DNA of 64,000 nt from Eledone cirrhosa (Eukaryota), in assembly GCA_964016885.1 (NCBI GenBank), contig OZ024741.1, positions 327,298,001 through 327,362,000 of the forward strand, written 5' to 3'. Every line of letters starts with the position of its first letter. Within the stretch, counting starts at the first letter, position 1. Below are positions 37,878 to 50,646 of the stretch, piece after piece. Made by a program: the position numbers and the translations under genes. Under the pieces are notes generated by a model. That model was not told the DNA's origin and searched no databases. It worked only from the letters and a program-made list of their open reading frames with translations.

Positions 37878-37942
<65 letters not shown>

Positions 37943-37988
37943 TTTCCTTTTGGCATATGTTAGCAGTGTGTCTTAGTTATCGTGTTGA

Positions 37989-38069
37989 GCTCTACTGATG
38001 AACGGTTCCAACCGTCACTAACCCCACTGACAAGTTTCGTGAAATAGTCTTTTTAAGACTATATAGAGC
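37989..38069 (+). ncRNA. Type I hammerhead ribozyme with full stem III
   Basis: gctcta-CTGATGA-acgg...tcgt-GAAAtagtctt ttt aagactaTA-tagagc; 6-bp stem I, 8-bp stem III, AUA site. Confidence 0.88.
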
Positions 38070-38302
38070 ATTTGTAGTATAAGTATTTGCCCTTAATTTT
38101 ATTCTGAGTTAAGATTCTATTGGTTTTTTCCCAGGATTACACAAAATCTGTGGCAAAATTTCTGTCTTGACTTTTTTTGAATTGAGATTGAATTTTTTTC
38201 CCATATCTTACGTTAAATATTTTCCATCTTGACGTAATAGTCACTTATATGTATGAATTACTGTTGGTTTCTTGCTCACATTAATTTCTCTATTTTCATT
38301 TG

Positions 38303-38336
<34 letters not shown>

Positions 38337-38490
38337 TATAAAACGGCGGACAACAGAGGCCACGTACCGTCCTCTCCGACTAAAAACATTCCCCCTCGGA
38401 AAAAATCCCAGTTGATGGATGCGAAATCCAAAATATAGGGACAATTAAATATCTTCTAAGGTAACTCTATCTCGTGTTATTATTTTTACA

Positions 38491-38677
38491 GTGGATTGGC
38501 AGTATCGGTAGTGGGTCGGACGCCATGCTTTCCAGCATAATTACGTCCCTTTATGATCTGAGTTCAAATCCCGCCGAGGTTAACTTTTCCTTTCATCCTT
38601 ACGGGGTCGATAAAATAAAGTACCAGTAATGCACTGGGATAATTGCTGGCCTTGTGCCTAAAGTAGAAACAATTATT
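38491..38677 (+). mobile_element. tRNA-derived SINE (family 1)
   Basis: Highly similar to 17016-17203. Confidence 0.85.
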
Positions 38678-38860
38678 TTTACGCTCTTTCCTACTTCCTC
38701 TACACACTATACGTCTCATTCTACATTTCCTCTTACATATCTCTCTTCACCACCGGATTCTGTTACTGGAGATTTACCCATCTGCATTGTTGAACTTCCA
38801 AAAAGACCAAATTTTTTATTATTCATCAATGCTTCAAGCAAACTTCGATACTCTCTTATC

Positions 38861-38922
<62 letters not shown>

Positions 38923-39181
38923 GATAAGAGAGTATCGAAGTTTGCTTGAAGCATTGATGAATAATAAAAAATTTGGTCTTTTTGGAAGTTCAACAATGCA
39001 GATGGGTAAATCTCCAGTAACAGAATCCGGTGGTGAAGAGAGATATGTAAGAGGAAATGTAGAATGAGACGTATAGTGTGTAGAGGAAGTAGGAAAGAGC
39101 GTAAAAATAATTGTTTCTACTTTAGGCACAAGGCCACCAATTATCCCAGTGCATTACTGGTACTTTATTTTATCGACCCCG
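38602..39181. repeat. Near-perfect inverted duplication (~263-bp arms) centred on (TA)n
   Basis: 38602-38864 mirrors 38917-39181 with one visible mismatch. Confidence 0.92.
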
Positions 39182-39949
39182 ATATAAAATCAAGGTTTAG
39201 CAAATAAGAAAAAAGTTTCAAAATAAATTTCATACATACATATATATATATGTATGTATGTATGTTTGCATGTATGTGTGTATGTATGTATGTGTGTGTT
39301 TAGTATCAATATCCTTTATTTCTTTATTCTTGCGTATGTCGTTTAATTTGAACAATCAATGTATTGCTTCCATTAATGTTTTTTTCAACACAAAAAATTT
39401 ACAAGTTTTATCTACAACATATAATATTCTTTAATGTGACTTGTTATTCTGTTATTGTCCTTTATATTATTTGCAACAATTATTGAAACAATATTTTCTC
39501 TGTTTCTCGTTTGAGTGCCCAGTATTTTGTAAAATTTCTATATTTCTATTCGGCACGTTAATTTCCAGCTTTACGTAAGAAGTGAATCATGTCTCTGAAT
39601 AAACGGATGGTTATCTATATAAATGTCGAATGGAGGAATAATACAGCAACCATATGTTATACCAGTATATATGCAGGCCATTAATCATTATTTAGGCATG
39701 CATGGAGATACTGGATGTTACGATAATATTTAACATCGGTAATAACATTCCTCACACATAGTACCACCAAGAATCTTCCCTATCAATAATAACTCAGCAC
39801 AGCACTATTTTATTATTTTATTTAGCACATGAGCTGGGGCCGCCATTATTGCCACACATTCTTTAGCCATCCTTATTTGTTTGACCATTGATCAATAAGG
39901 AAATTTTACATCGCCGCCCGCATATGAATTTTCTGCCGTGATGTAGGTT

Positions 39950-40105
39950 CTTCTGGTATTTTTCACAGCAGTATAAATAGGTTATCCTTGAAACTGTCTA
40001 CATCCCCTCCATGAAGATCTCCCATTTTGATTTTGTAGGCTTTTAAAGAGCTGTGGTCCCTTAAACTCAAAGCAATTATAGAACCTAATACTTACACTAG
40101 ATGAG
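39950..40105 (-). mobile_element. CR1-like LINE 3' remnant
   Basis: Minus strand reads FKGPQLFKSL...LHGG.VDSFKDNL, homologous to KGPHLFKELP...LHGVDVDVFKNHL at 25091-25190. Confidence 0.6.
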
Positions 40106-41482
40106 AACTGCATGTGCCGTATCTATGTGAATGTTTGTGTGTGAGCGTGTAGGTGCGTGTGTGTTTGTGTGTGCATTACTATAAAGTTAAATAACAAATA
40201 TGTTTATAATTTGTTGTTGAAGTTAAGACAAGGATTATGCTGTTGAAGAAACGCATAGATCTTATAATCGTATATTTTTCCGGCTGGTAGCACTGAAAGT
40301 CTTACGATTTCATGGTGAAAAATAGAGGCGGTAACAGAATATTTCAGACTCATAAAGCATTCAAAGTGAGGGAGTGAATTAACTTTAATTTCCGAAATAG
40401 GGATAGGTTAAATAACTACATTGATGTATCATCATGTATAAATTGTACACTAATGGAGGCAGAAGTGATATATATGTTAAATATATGTTACAACAGATTT
40501 AGATGACAGAAAAGATTGGACTATTTAATGTCATAGGCTGAGTATATCATATAATACAGACATGGTAATGCATTCATATGCATAGATACGGTACTGCTAA
40601 ATATTAGAATTCTAGTTGTTGGCAAGTAATGTGATCTCATATCACATAGGGAAATTATACCAATTATATAATGGTAGAATAATGTTAGCCACCGTGTTGT
40701 ACCTTTTTGGTAAATGGGTGATCTAAAACAGTATGTTGAACCTAAAGCAATTATATCGTAAAAGAATCATTTGAGCCACAGTTGTAATTGTGTGGCATGT
40801 GACTTGATCTGAGACCGTTTTCTGAAAGTAAAATAACTATATCATGGAAGAGGCATTCAGCTACATTTGTTATCGTTAGGTCAATTACTTAATTTGAAAG
40901 TCTGTTTTATTTAAAGAAGAATACATAGAGAAAGATTCCATTCAGCCACTTAAAACGTGTGTTTGACCAACGTCGCATCCGACAAATATTCAGGGTGTTT
41001 TGATCAAAGAAATAGCTTATTCCTTAAATTAACGTGTATGTAGCTGAGCAAGCTACAGACAAGTAAACAGTCAACGTCGTTATCAAGAAAATTCAGCGTG
41101 TTACACCGACGGATAAGGCTGGCCTTTTGAATCTAAAATTTTGTCAGCTGCGTAGACAGGAACAAGAGACAAAATGCCTTCATTAATGAATGAAAGTTCT
41201 GCTAGTAATCCGACTGACAATTTTAGAATCATGAGCCGTTCACCGTTCACCCTAGCCACAAGCAAATCAGGTTCTAATTTCAAACGTATTCACACACAAA
41301 TTATTTCACTTTAAATTCTATTTTATTTCGTATGGAAATTATTTTTGTCACAACCCTGTGTCCTGTGCATTGACCATCACCGAATCAGCGTAGGATTCTT
41401 GTATTATTTATTCACATTTTATATGAAAATGTTGTATATCCTGTATGTTCACATTCGTAACAACGCAGCACGTCATTTTTTC

Positions 41483-41557
<75 letters not shown>

Positions 41558-42648
41558 GATGTAAAATCCCGAATACGGCGCCAAGCAGTCTTGGCTTGTG
41601 TGTTCAGCAAGTATTTCCAAGGGTGTTGTAACATTTGTAGTGTGTGAAAAAATAGGTCCCTAGTCAGGTTAGTTCTTTGGTTGAATTTATCATAGTAAAC
41701 TGGTCTGATAGAAAATAGGGAGTCAGAGATGGTAAATGGTCAGGGGAAGGAAGTAGTGGGGTTGGTTAGTGAGTAGGAGTGGAGTAGGTGGATACCGGGC
41801 ATAATGTTCATAGGAATAGAGGTGGAGGTGTAAGGTTTAAGGCTATTTATATAAAGGCTTTATAGGCTGAAGGAGTATTTTAAAGTTAAGATTTAACAAT
41901 AAAAATTGATCTATATAGAAGTAAATAAGCAAATAGTTCAATAAATTAGTAAATAGAATCAGGTAAAACAGGATCAAATAAATTAGTAAATATGTCAGTT
42001 AAAATATAAGGGTTTAAATATAGGTAAAAAGTATTTTATAAGTTGGTAACCAGTGAAAATTGTATGCACTATGTTTATGCATACTGCGTACACACAAGCA
42101 CACGCAATAGTATAATAGGAAGTTTTGGAAGGAATATAATAGAAATGTATGAATAAAAAATAAAAATAAAAATTATCGCTCTACATGGCTGAATACAATA
42201 AATGTAATCTGAGGTTTTCACATATTAATAATAATATTCGATTCGTTTGCAAATATGCAACAGCCTCTTTTGTAAAGCCATGCCAGTAGAATGATCCTCT
42301 CATTCTTGTTCTTGTGTTGGCAGGTAAACCGAACTGCAGACACTAATGTTTCTGAGTATCACCCTTCATCAATGCAGTTCAATGTTCACCTTCCAACTGT
42401 CAGAGCTAGTAAAATTATGTGATAATTTCTAAAATATAGAGTGACTGATCGGCCTAAAAACATCAATTATTACTTTACTTAAAACAGGTTGTGAAGTAAG
42501 AATTCGGAAAGCAAATAAAGGAGTAGAAAAAACGTGTAAATATGAACACACAGACACAAGCATTCTTACACATGCACATATATATACCTGTGTCCATACA
42601 TACAGATACATACGCAAACATATACACGCACAGTCATAAGCACACATG

Positions 42649-42689
<41 letters not shown>

Positions 42690-42779
42690 TGGCTGCCAAC
42701 TCGTTTTCGAGTACGGCCACTACTTTATATCCTTGTAGGAGAACGACTACCGATTCGTTGAACAAGTGTGACTTTTCAG

Positions 42780-43245
42780 TCCAGCCAGCGACTTGAAAAC
42801 TCTGGTACAAACACTACACTTGTGACAATTATTGACACATAGTGCTGGGCCCATGGTACCATGTGACGACAAGTGCAGAAAGATCTCCAGATATAAAGCA
42901 ATGCCTGTGCTGTGAAGCTTTTATAGTGAGCAAAGGCGCTGCACAAAGCCAGTCCCACTCTCTTAACCAAGATGATATTTACCAAAAAGAAGAACAAGTC
43001 AACATCATTGGATACCATCAGGGTTGCAGGTGTTATATCAGAGTTTTCCTTCTCCTAGAATTCTGCCGTGACAAAGGCTAAGGGGTCACCTCTCCCGGTG
43101 ATTTTGGATGGCCATTGACACTTAAGAGCTCCTTTGCCCTTTGACAGGTTTTGTTTTTGGTCCTGCAGGATGTCCAAAGTCACCCTCCTCACCAGGAAAC
43201 CTTGGTGGGATTGCCAGTTTAGTCGCCAACAACCCGACCATGAGA
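42780..43245 (-). mobile_element. Remnant containing the 2211-2440 family sequence, possibly an RTE-like 5' end
   Basis: 43080-43245 is the reverse complement of sequence related to 2270-2405; downstream part is too decayed to classify firmly. Confidence 0.45.
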
Positions 43246-43449
43246 TTTATATATATATATACATACATAGATATATATATAAGTAACACCCATACTAAGA
43301 GTGGGAAATAAAATTTCGTTTCTTTCTTTCCGTTTACATATATATATATATATGCTTCCACTTTATTTATTCTCATCTCGGGAACAATTTTGAATAGCGC
43401 CAGTTCGTAATTTGAACTCGGGAATTTTTTATTCTCCGAGTTAAAAGAT

Positions 43450-43533
43450 CCTTCTGACGAGAGTTTATCTTTGCATTGGGTGCCGTATGGACTATCCGTT
43501 TATTTTTGAGACTCGAAACCGATTCGGTAAAGG
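43450..43533 (+). ncRNA. Type I hammerhead ribozyme
   Basis: cctt-CTGACGA-gagttt...agactc-GAAACCG att CGGTA-aagg; all three stems pair, GUA site; lies in a ~200-bp island between TA tracts. Confidence 0.87.
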
Positions 43534-43924
43534 TAACCATAGTAAGTAAAGTTAATTTTTCTAAATTTATTTTGAAACTTTTTCATATATATATACATAT
43601 ATATATATATATAAACTTGGAAGTTTGAAGAATTATTAGATAAATTATATACAGTACTTCCTCTCCCTAGTCCGTATGAATTAACTACATAAATAATCAT
43701 TTAAACGAGGCTATAAGTTTAAAATGTAACTATGAAGAAATAATAGACAAATGAGACAGACTATCTTCCGCGAGGGATAGCCAAATAAAATGTACCTAAT
43801 CATTTCCTTTAGCCCGTAGAATTTGACTAGACATATAATCAACTACGCGGAGTTAGGTATAAAATAGAAGGTTGAAGAAAAAATGTATATAAACTTTATC
43901 AAAATTCCTCTAGTCTCGACTACC

Positions 43925-44007
<83 letters not shown>

Positions 44008-44480
44008 GTATATATGAATATACATACTGACAATGTGACTTTTATTTGTCATTCAATTTCCGACAGTAACAGCACACTTCATAAGGCACACTATTAAACT
44101 TACGACTAGCTTCGTCAACAAATATTGTATATATATTGTATAAATAAGAAACATCACAACCAGTAGACACGTTAACTAAACCAGGAAATGATTGAACCAT
44201 GGTGTTGTCGATAAAAACGCAACAAGTACTATAATTCTCTTCCAAATCGCACCACCCCCAACACAATAGAGGTGGGTGTCAGATTGAACACACATTACAC
44301 GCTAGTTTTCAAATCGACGATGCCATCCTAGCTGTAGCGATATTATAAATCATTATTAGCATTAACACAATGCGATTCAGAATAGAGGAGTATTTGTAGA
44401 CATATACTCTATGTGTATATATAGTAAACTTAGATATCGCCGCGTAACGTATATTTTAAGGTCGGATCCTACACATATAT

Positions 44481-44665
44481 AGGCGCGTGGCCGAGTGGTT
44501 AGGTTAGAGAATTGGATTCGTAATCATGAGGTTGTGATTTCGATTCCCGGACCGGGAGAGAGACACTTTATCTCACGTTGCTTTTTTCTGCCTGGATTGG
44601 CGACTGACAGATAGTATTAGCAATCGGAAAGACAAATGGAAATATTGTGTCCTCGGTCCGATTTA
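44481..44665 (+). mobile_element. tRNA-derived SINE (family 2)
   Basis: ggcgcgtggccgagtggttagg...ttcgattcccggacc; body matches 7228-7440. Confidence 0.75.
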
Positions 44666-45279
44666 AGAGCTCCACCAAACTCGTTAAGCGAATGAGGTCT
44701 GGTAACTTGTCGATTGTCTGTCTATATATATACATGATCCGTGCTCGAGTTGTTGGCAACGATGCCGGAAATACGACCAAGCCTGCTTAGTGGGAAGGTT
44801 GGTTTTTTGTAATACCCTCTCGGATGGAAAACAAAATCTGTCTTACCACCTGGAACTGGTGAGAATCAACAGCCATCCAATATCGTATAATCATGATTGT
44901 ACATATATGATTATGTCCCATATGCTGGAGTGGCCTGTGTATTTTTTAATCAGCTGGTGTATACATGGATCAGTCTAACTCCAGTTAAATTCAACTATGC
45001 CATTTAGGTCAAAGGGTTGCATCCAGAGTAAGGCTTCATTGAAGAAAAATAAACAAAATCTAGCATATGGTGGCAGCGTGGTGGTCGTGTGATACCAAAT
45101 GGAGTTAGTTAACAATGATTCTGAGTAGCATTAAGTGACTAGCGCCGAATGGTTTATTAATGCGTTATCGAAACCTACTATAGATGGGCGGGCTGACAGG
45201 CTACATAGATAGATCGATAAGGTAGATATAATGCAAAGTGAGATTTTAATTCATTCATCAAGACTACGACAGGCCCTTC

Positions 45280-45640
45280 TTTCGTAAGAACAATGCTCTA
45301 GCACATAAATTCTTGGTTTCAATGGCTGCTGTACGTGACTGGCTTTGAACTGGTTGGTCACCCTCCCTATACTCCTGATTTGACTCCATTTAACTATGAC
45401 AGATTCCCCAACATGAAAAGACACTTGACTGTGGCACAGTATTGCAGTGATGATGACGTCCTATCTCGTGGTGATGACGTTTGACCAACATTATGAAACG
45501 TCTTAACCAATGTGATCCAAGCACTTCAACACTCATTTTGGACTGCAAATGTGACTATACAGAAACTATACCTCATTCGGTCACATTGCATGAGAGCAAC
45601 TTTGTCAGCCTATATACATTTCAGCCAACCCGCTCATATT
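45280..45640 (+). mobile_element. Mariner transposase 3' remnant
   Basis: NALAH..., FELVGHPPYTPDLTP..Y..FPNMKRHL....YCSDDDV and CDYTE, matching the mariner HPPYSPDLAP.D and GDY.E motifs. Confidence 0.8.
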
Positions 45641-45928
45641 ACTGTTTAAACATGTTAAGATATACAACTCTATACATTTACAGTATGCATGATACTAATG
45701 TTGGCTGATCATACATGGATAAAGTACCATTACAATTGCTACCTGCCACGAGATATGAAATGACAGCAACGGTTAAAATAATAATGACAAGAGCAACAAC
45801 AAACTGCTTTCCAGAACACAATACTACAAATTCTAACCATGCCGAAATATAGGAGAATAGAAAAACGAAAAGTTCCTGATAAATAGTCATGTTCGCAATG
45901 ACAAGAGTTTAAGAGAAAAGATGTTACA

Positions 45929-45964
<36 letters not shown>

Positions 45965-46004
45965 CAAAACATAAGTCAATTGTATGAACTCATAATCCTT
46001 TATT

Positions 46005-46062
46005 TACCGCTATATATATTTCGATGATAGCCGTTGTATGGCTATGACCTCATCAGGTAGTA
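46005..46062 (-). ncRNA. Hammerhead ribozyme in a solo Penelope terminal fragment
   Basis: Minus strand: tactac-CTGATGA-ggtcatagcc..ggctatcatc-GAAAtatataTA-gcggta; 45961-46060 is homologous to 20078-20180. Confidence 0.72.
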
Positions 46063-46131
46063 TAAGATACCACTAACATTGAGTACTTTGGTGCATTATG
46101 GTCCACCTGGTTCCTTACCACATTTCCTTCG

Positions 46132-46174
<43 letters not shown>

Positions 46175-46685
46175 CACGTACATACATATATGTATACAGA
46201 CGTACAGTAGTATGTATATATACATACATGCACACATATATATATGTACGTATGGATTCACCGAACATTTATTATAATGCTCGGTGTGTTTGTAAACAAT
46301 AGCTAATAAGCTTGAAACTTGTCAGTGTTGAACAAACGAGCAACGAAGTTTGCTGGACACTACGGCTTAATACGGGATGTTTGTAAACAAACATACCGAG
46401 CATTATAATAAATGTTCGGTGAATCCATACGTACATATATATATGTGTGTATGTATATATACATACTACTGTACGTCTGTATACATATATGTATGTACGT
46501 GTTCATACGTATATTTAAATAACAGCCGTACTAAGAGTGGGAAATGAAATTTTGTTTCATTTTTTTCCGTTTATCGTTTTCGGTGCACCCGGCCGATTAA
46601 CACACTCGATATGCAAATTGGGCTACTCAGCCGGTAATATGCATAAGGTAAGTATATACGTTCAACAATCTGGCAGGAATGTATA

Positions 46686-46726
46686 CGTTGCTGACGATAG
46701 TTAATAATCTTGAAACTAGTACAGAG
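46686..46726 (+). ncRNA. Minimal hammerhead ribozyme (stems I/II mutated)
   Basis: cgttg-CTGACGA-tagttaataatctt-GAAACTAGTA-cagag. Confidence 0.65.
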
Positions 46727-47102
46727 TTCCTTTGTCAGTGTTGATCCAGCGAGCAACGATGGTTGCTAGACACTACGGTTTATTACGGGATGTTTGTTTA
46801 CAAACACACCGAGCATTATAATAAATGTTTGGTGAATCCATGCGTACATATATATATATGTGTACATGTATGCATATATACATATAACTGTACGTCTCTA
46901 TACATATATGTATGTACGTGTACATACTTATATTTAAGTAACCGCCGTACTAAGAGTGGGAAAAGAAATTTGTTTCATTTTTTCCGTTTATCGTTTACGG
47001 GGCACCCGGCCTATTAACCCACTCGATATGCAAATTGGGCTACTCATCCGTTAATATGCATAAGGTAAATATATACGTTCAACAATCTGGCAGGAAGGTA
47101 TA

Positions 47103-47142
47103 CGTTGCTGACGATAGCTAATAAGCTTGAAACTAGTACACG
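47103..47142 (+). ncRNA. Minimal hammerhead ribozyme (1-nt deletion in stem I)
   Basis: cgttg-CTGACGA-t agct aata agct t-GAAACTAGTA-cacg. Confidence 0.72.
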
Positions 47143-47517
47143 TTCCTTTGTCGGTGTTGAACAAACGAGCAACGATGGTTGCTAGACACTACGGCTTATT
47201 ACGCGATGTTTGTTTACAAAGACCCCGAGCATTATAATAAATGTTCGGTGAATCCATGCGTACATATATATATGTGTGCATGTATGTATATATACATACT
47301 ACTGTACGTCTGTATACATATATGTATGTACGTGTTCATACGTATATGTAAATAACAGCCGTACTAAGAGTGGGAAATGAAATTTTGTTTCATTTTTTCC
47401 GTTTATCGTATTCGGTGCACCCGGCCGATTAACCCACTCGCTATGCAAATTGGGCTACTCAGCCGTTAATATGCATAAGGTAAGTATATACGTTAGACAA
47501 TCTGGAAGGAAGGTATA

Positions 47518-47558
47518 CGTTGCTGACGATATCTAATAAGCTTGAAACTAGTACAGCG
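47518..47558 (+). ncRNA. Minimal hammerhead ribozyme
   Basis: cgttg-CTGACGA-tatctaataagctt-GAAACTAGTA-cagcg; one stem II mismatch. Confidence 0.75.
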
Positions 47559-47932
47559 TTCCTTTGTCAGTGTTGAACAAACGAGCAACGATGGTTGCTA
47601 GATACTACGGCTTATTACGGGATGTTTGTTTACAAACACACCGAGCATTATAATAAATGTTCGGTGAATCCATGCGTACATATATATATATGTGCATGTA
47701 TTATATATACATACTACTGTACGTCTGTATACATATATGTATGTACGTGTACATACTTATATTTAAGTAACAGCCGTACGAAAAGTGGGAAATGAAATTT
47801 TGTTTCATTTTTTCCGTTTATCGTTCTCGGGGCACCCGGCCGATTTACCCACTCGATATGCAAATTGGGATACTCAGCCGTTAATATGCATAAGGTAAGT
47901 ATATACGTTCAACAATCTGTCAGGAAGGTATA

Positions 47933-47973
47933 CGTTGCTGACGATAGCTAATAAGCTTGAAACTAGTACAGCG
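47933..47973 (+). ncRNA. Minimal hammerhead ribozyme, intact
   Basis: cgttg-CTGACGA-t agct aata agct t-GAAACTAGTA-cagcg; GUA cleavage after 47968. Confidence 0.87.
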
Positions 47974-48234
47974 TTCCTTTGTCAGTGTTGAACAAACGAG
48001 CAACGATGGTTGCTAGACACTACGGCTTAATACGGGATGTTTGTAAATAAACATACCGAGCATTATAATAAATGTTCGGTGAATCCATACGTACATATAT
48101 ATATGTGTGCATGTATGTATATATACATACTACTGTACGTATGTATACATATATGTATGTACGTGTACATACTTATATTTAAGTAACAGCCGTACTAAGA
48201 GTGGGAAATGAAATTTTGTTTCAAATTGTCCGTT

Positions 48235-48278
<44 letters not shown>

Positions 48279-48740
48279 TTCACAGACAACAAGAAATATA
48301 AGATGGAGATGTTTTGTATTTCTTCATAGGTTTAAGCTAATCAGAGATTGTTTTGCCTGTTTAGTCTTTCGAAGATTATAGCTACAGACAGACATTTTGT
48401 TGATTAACGAACATTCAGAAGGCATACACGAAGAAACATTGTGACCAGCGGGAAAATACGTAAATTTGAACATATTTCATTTGAAAGAATTTTTGATTTA
48501 AGATAATTAATTATCGCCAACGGATATTTTTTTATGTTCAATGTTTCATTCTTAGTTAAATACCGTTTTGTCATTCACGTGTTTCTTTGCAAAGTAAGTT
48601 ATTTATAAGTTCATTTTATTTATTTTTGTTTTTGTTTTTTTGTTTTACAAATGTTTACCTGTTTTACAAATTGTATAAAGATAAACGACATTTCTGATTT
48701 TAGTCGACATAACACAGTACGCATTATTTTTAAGGACATG

Positions 48741-48955
48741 AGGGCGGTGGATTGGCAGTATCGGTAGAGAGTCGAACGCCATGCTTTTCAACATAGAGTT
48801 ACGGCCCTTTTCAGTTTAAGTTCAAGTCCTGACGAGGTTAACTTTGTTTTCACCCTTACGGGCTCGATAAAATAAAGTACCAATGATCACTGGGGTCGAT
48901 TCAATCGACTTTCCTCTCCCCCAAAATTGCTGGCCTCATGCTTATATAAGAAACT
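48741..48955 (+). mobile_element. tRNA-derived SINE (family 1) with TSD
   Basis: Homologous to 17016; flanked by attatttttaaggacatg at 48723-48740 and 48956-48973. Confidence 0.88.
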
Positions 48956-48975
48956 ATTATTTTTAAGGACATGTC

Positions 48976-49013
<38 letters not shown>

Positions 49014-50121
49014 CTAGAATTAAATGTAAAAATGTCTTCACTCTTATTTACTTTTGATCCCATAATTATCCCCCACTAAACAATAATGAGAAAAGGAGGA
49101 ATTATGTGATATTCTTCTTCTTTCCTATGAGATAGCAATCACGTGACATTCCACAGAAGCCGCGATCAGATCAGGGTAGTGGGATTTGTGAGCGGTGAAA
49201 TGGAGTGGAATACTGGGCACTCACTCTGTATGTGTTCTGTAGACTGCTCTTGTGAGCCTCACTTGGCAAGCTGCTGATATCGGATGGCCCTTTTAGTGAA
49301 TGACTGCACTGCAACGGGTATTATGTGATGATTTGTAATTTTCAAGAATTTATGAAAAGGAATGGAATGTAAAATGACAGAAAACATAAAAAAAAAACGG
49401 AAAAGGAAGGGAAAGGCAAGGGCTCTAGTGACACAGTGAGTGAGGAGAGGGGATTGGTCTCTGGGCTTAGGGTATGGCAGTGATGAGCCTGCGGATGATT
49501 ATGTCCAGTTTTAGTCTAGCGTTTTTGTCATGAAATATTATTACATTTACTCCTTAAACAGAGGTATATAGAAAAGCATATACAATATGTTTTTCTACAA
49601 CAAACACACATAAATCACGCTGTGGGAGTTGTAATATGCCATCATGTTATTATTGCCATAGTAGACATATTTTGATCACAGCTTAAAATAATCTCAATGA
49701 GACGTATTTACGTTATTTTTACATAAATATATTGTATATGCCTTCATATGTGAACGCATCTATAATGAAGTATGCTGTGTTGGTGCTACTGTTCATTAAC
49801 TTGTACACCTTGCTTGTGTCAAAGGCCCTGTACAGATATAAAACTATCACAGATATTCATTTAGAAAGCATGGGAGCCAGTTTTGGATTTTACTGTTTTA
49901 TTCATGTCGGGGAATATTTGGCCTTGTGCCGAATAGTCAAGTGATATGTTACGGTCGATAAACTAATGTGAGAGAATCAGAAATGACAATTTGGAACATC
50001 AAAACAAGAACTTGGGGCAAATACAGATATGCTCATCATCAACTACACTTGACTGAGTACATTTTATTTCGTTTTCAAATAAAAACAATTCATTCTGACA
50101 CTCGTAGTGTTATCTCTGTGT

Positions 50122-50225
<104 letters not shown>

Positions 50226-50262
50226 TGTGTATATATATATACATATATATACATATATGTGT

Positions 50263-50500
50263 AATGTAAAACGAAAAGTTAGTGATGTTTCTGAACTCAA
50301 TTTATTGCGTGTTACAATTGTTTCGCCGGCGGACAGCTCGAGACGCGATCATTTAGTGGATTAGACGTGTCCGTCGAACCTGCGGGTCCAGAATGAGACA
50401 GATCCACACAATGATCGCGTTTCGAGCTGTCCGCCGGCGAAACAATTGTAACACAATAAATTGAGTTCAGATGCATCACTAATTTTTCGTTTTATATTAT
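50263..50500. mobile_element. Foldback element carrying HHR 3' halves on both arms
   Basis: ~98-bp inverted arms each containing GAAACAATTGTAacac; degenerate 5' core gtgt-CCGTCGA at 50367-50377. Confidence 0.7.
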
Positions 50501-50577
50501 ATCATACTCTGCTCTGTAAGAGCATAGAGTGCTCAACCGGCATACCGCCTATGGAAGCATCTTAGCTACCATCCGAC

Positions 50578-50646
<69 letters not shown>

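Larger units (their letters stand above)
36855..37881 (+). mobile_element. Non-coding HHR element: inverted partial copy plus ~1.5 tandem 522-bp units
   Basis: 36855-37077 is the reverse complement of ~37259-37482; ~37078-37360 repeats at ~37599-37881; (TA)n flanks. Confidence 0.87.
46165..48235 (+). repeat. Retrozyme-like tandem array, ~415-417-bp units, one HHR per unit
   Basis: CTGACGA cores at 46691, 47108, 47523 and 47938; first unit has a deletion removing the HHR core; (TA)n flanks. Confidence 0.92.

Noticed and set aside
38654-39129. Identical 88-aa ORFs on opposite strands
   Set aside because: By-product of the inverted duplication; they start in a SINE tail and end in (TA)n.
46165-48235. 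CRISPR array or ordinary satellite
   Set aside because: Units are homologous over their whole length with no unique spacers, and the context is eukaryotic; the HHR per unit explains it better.
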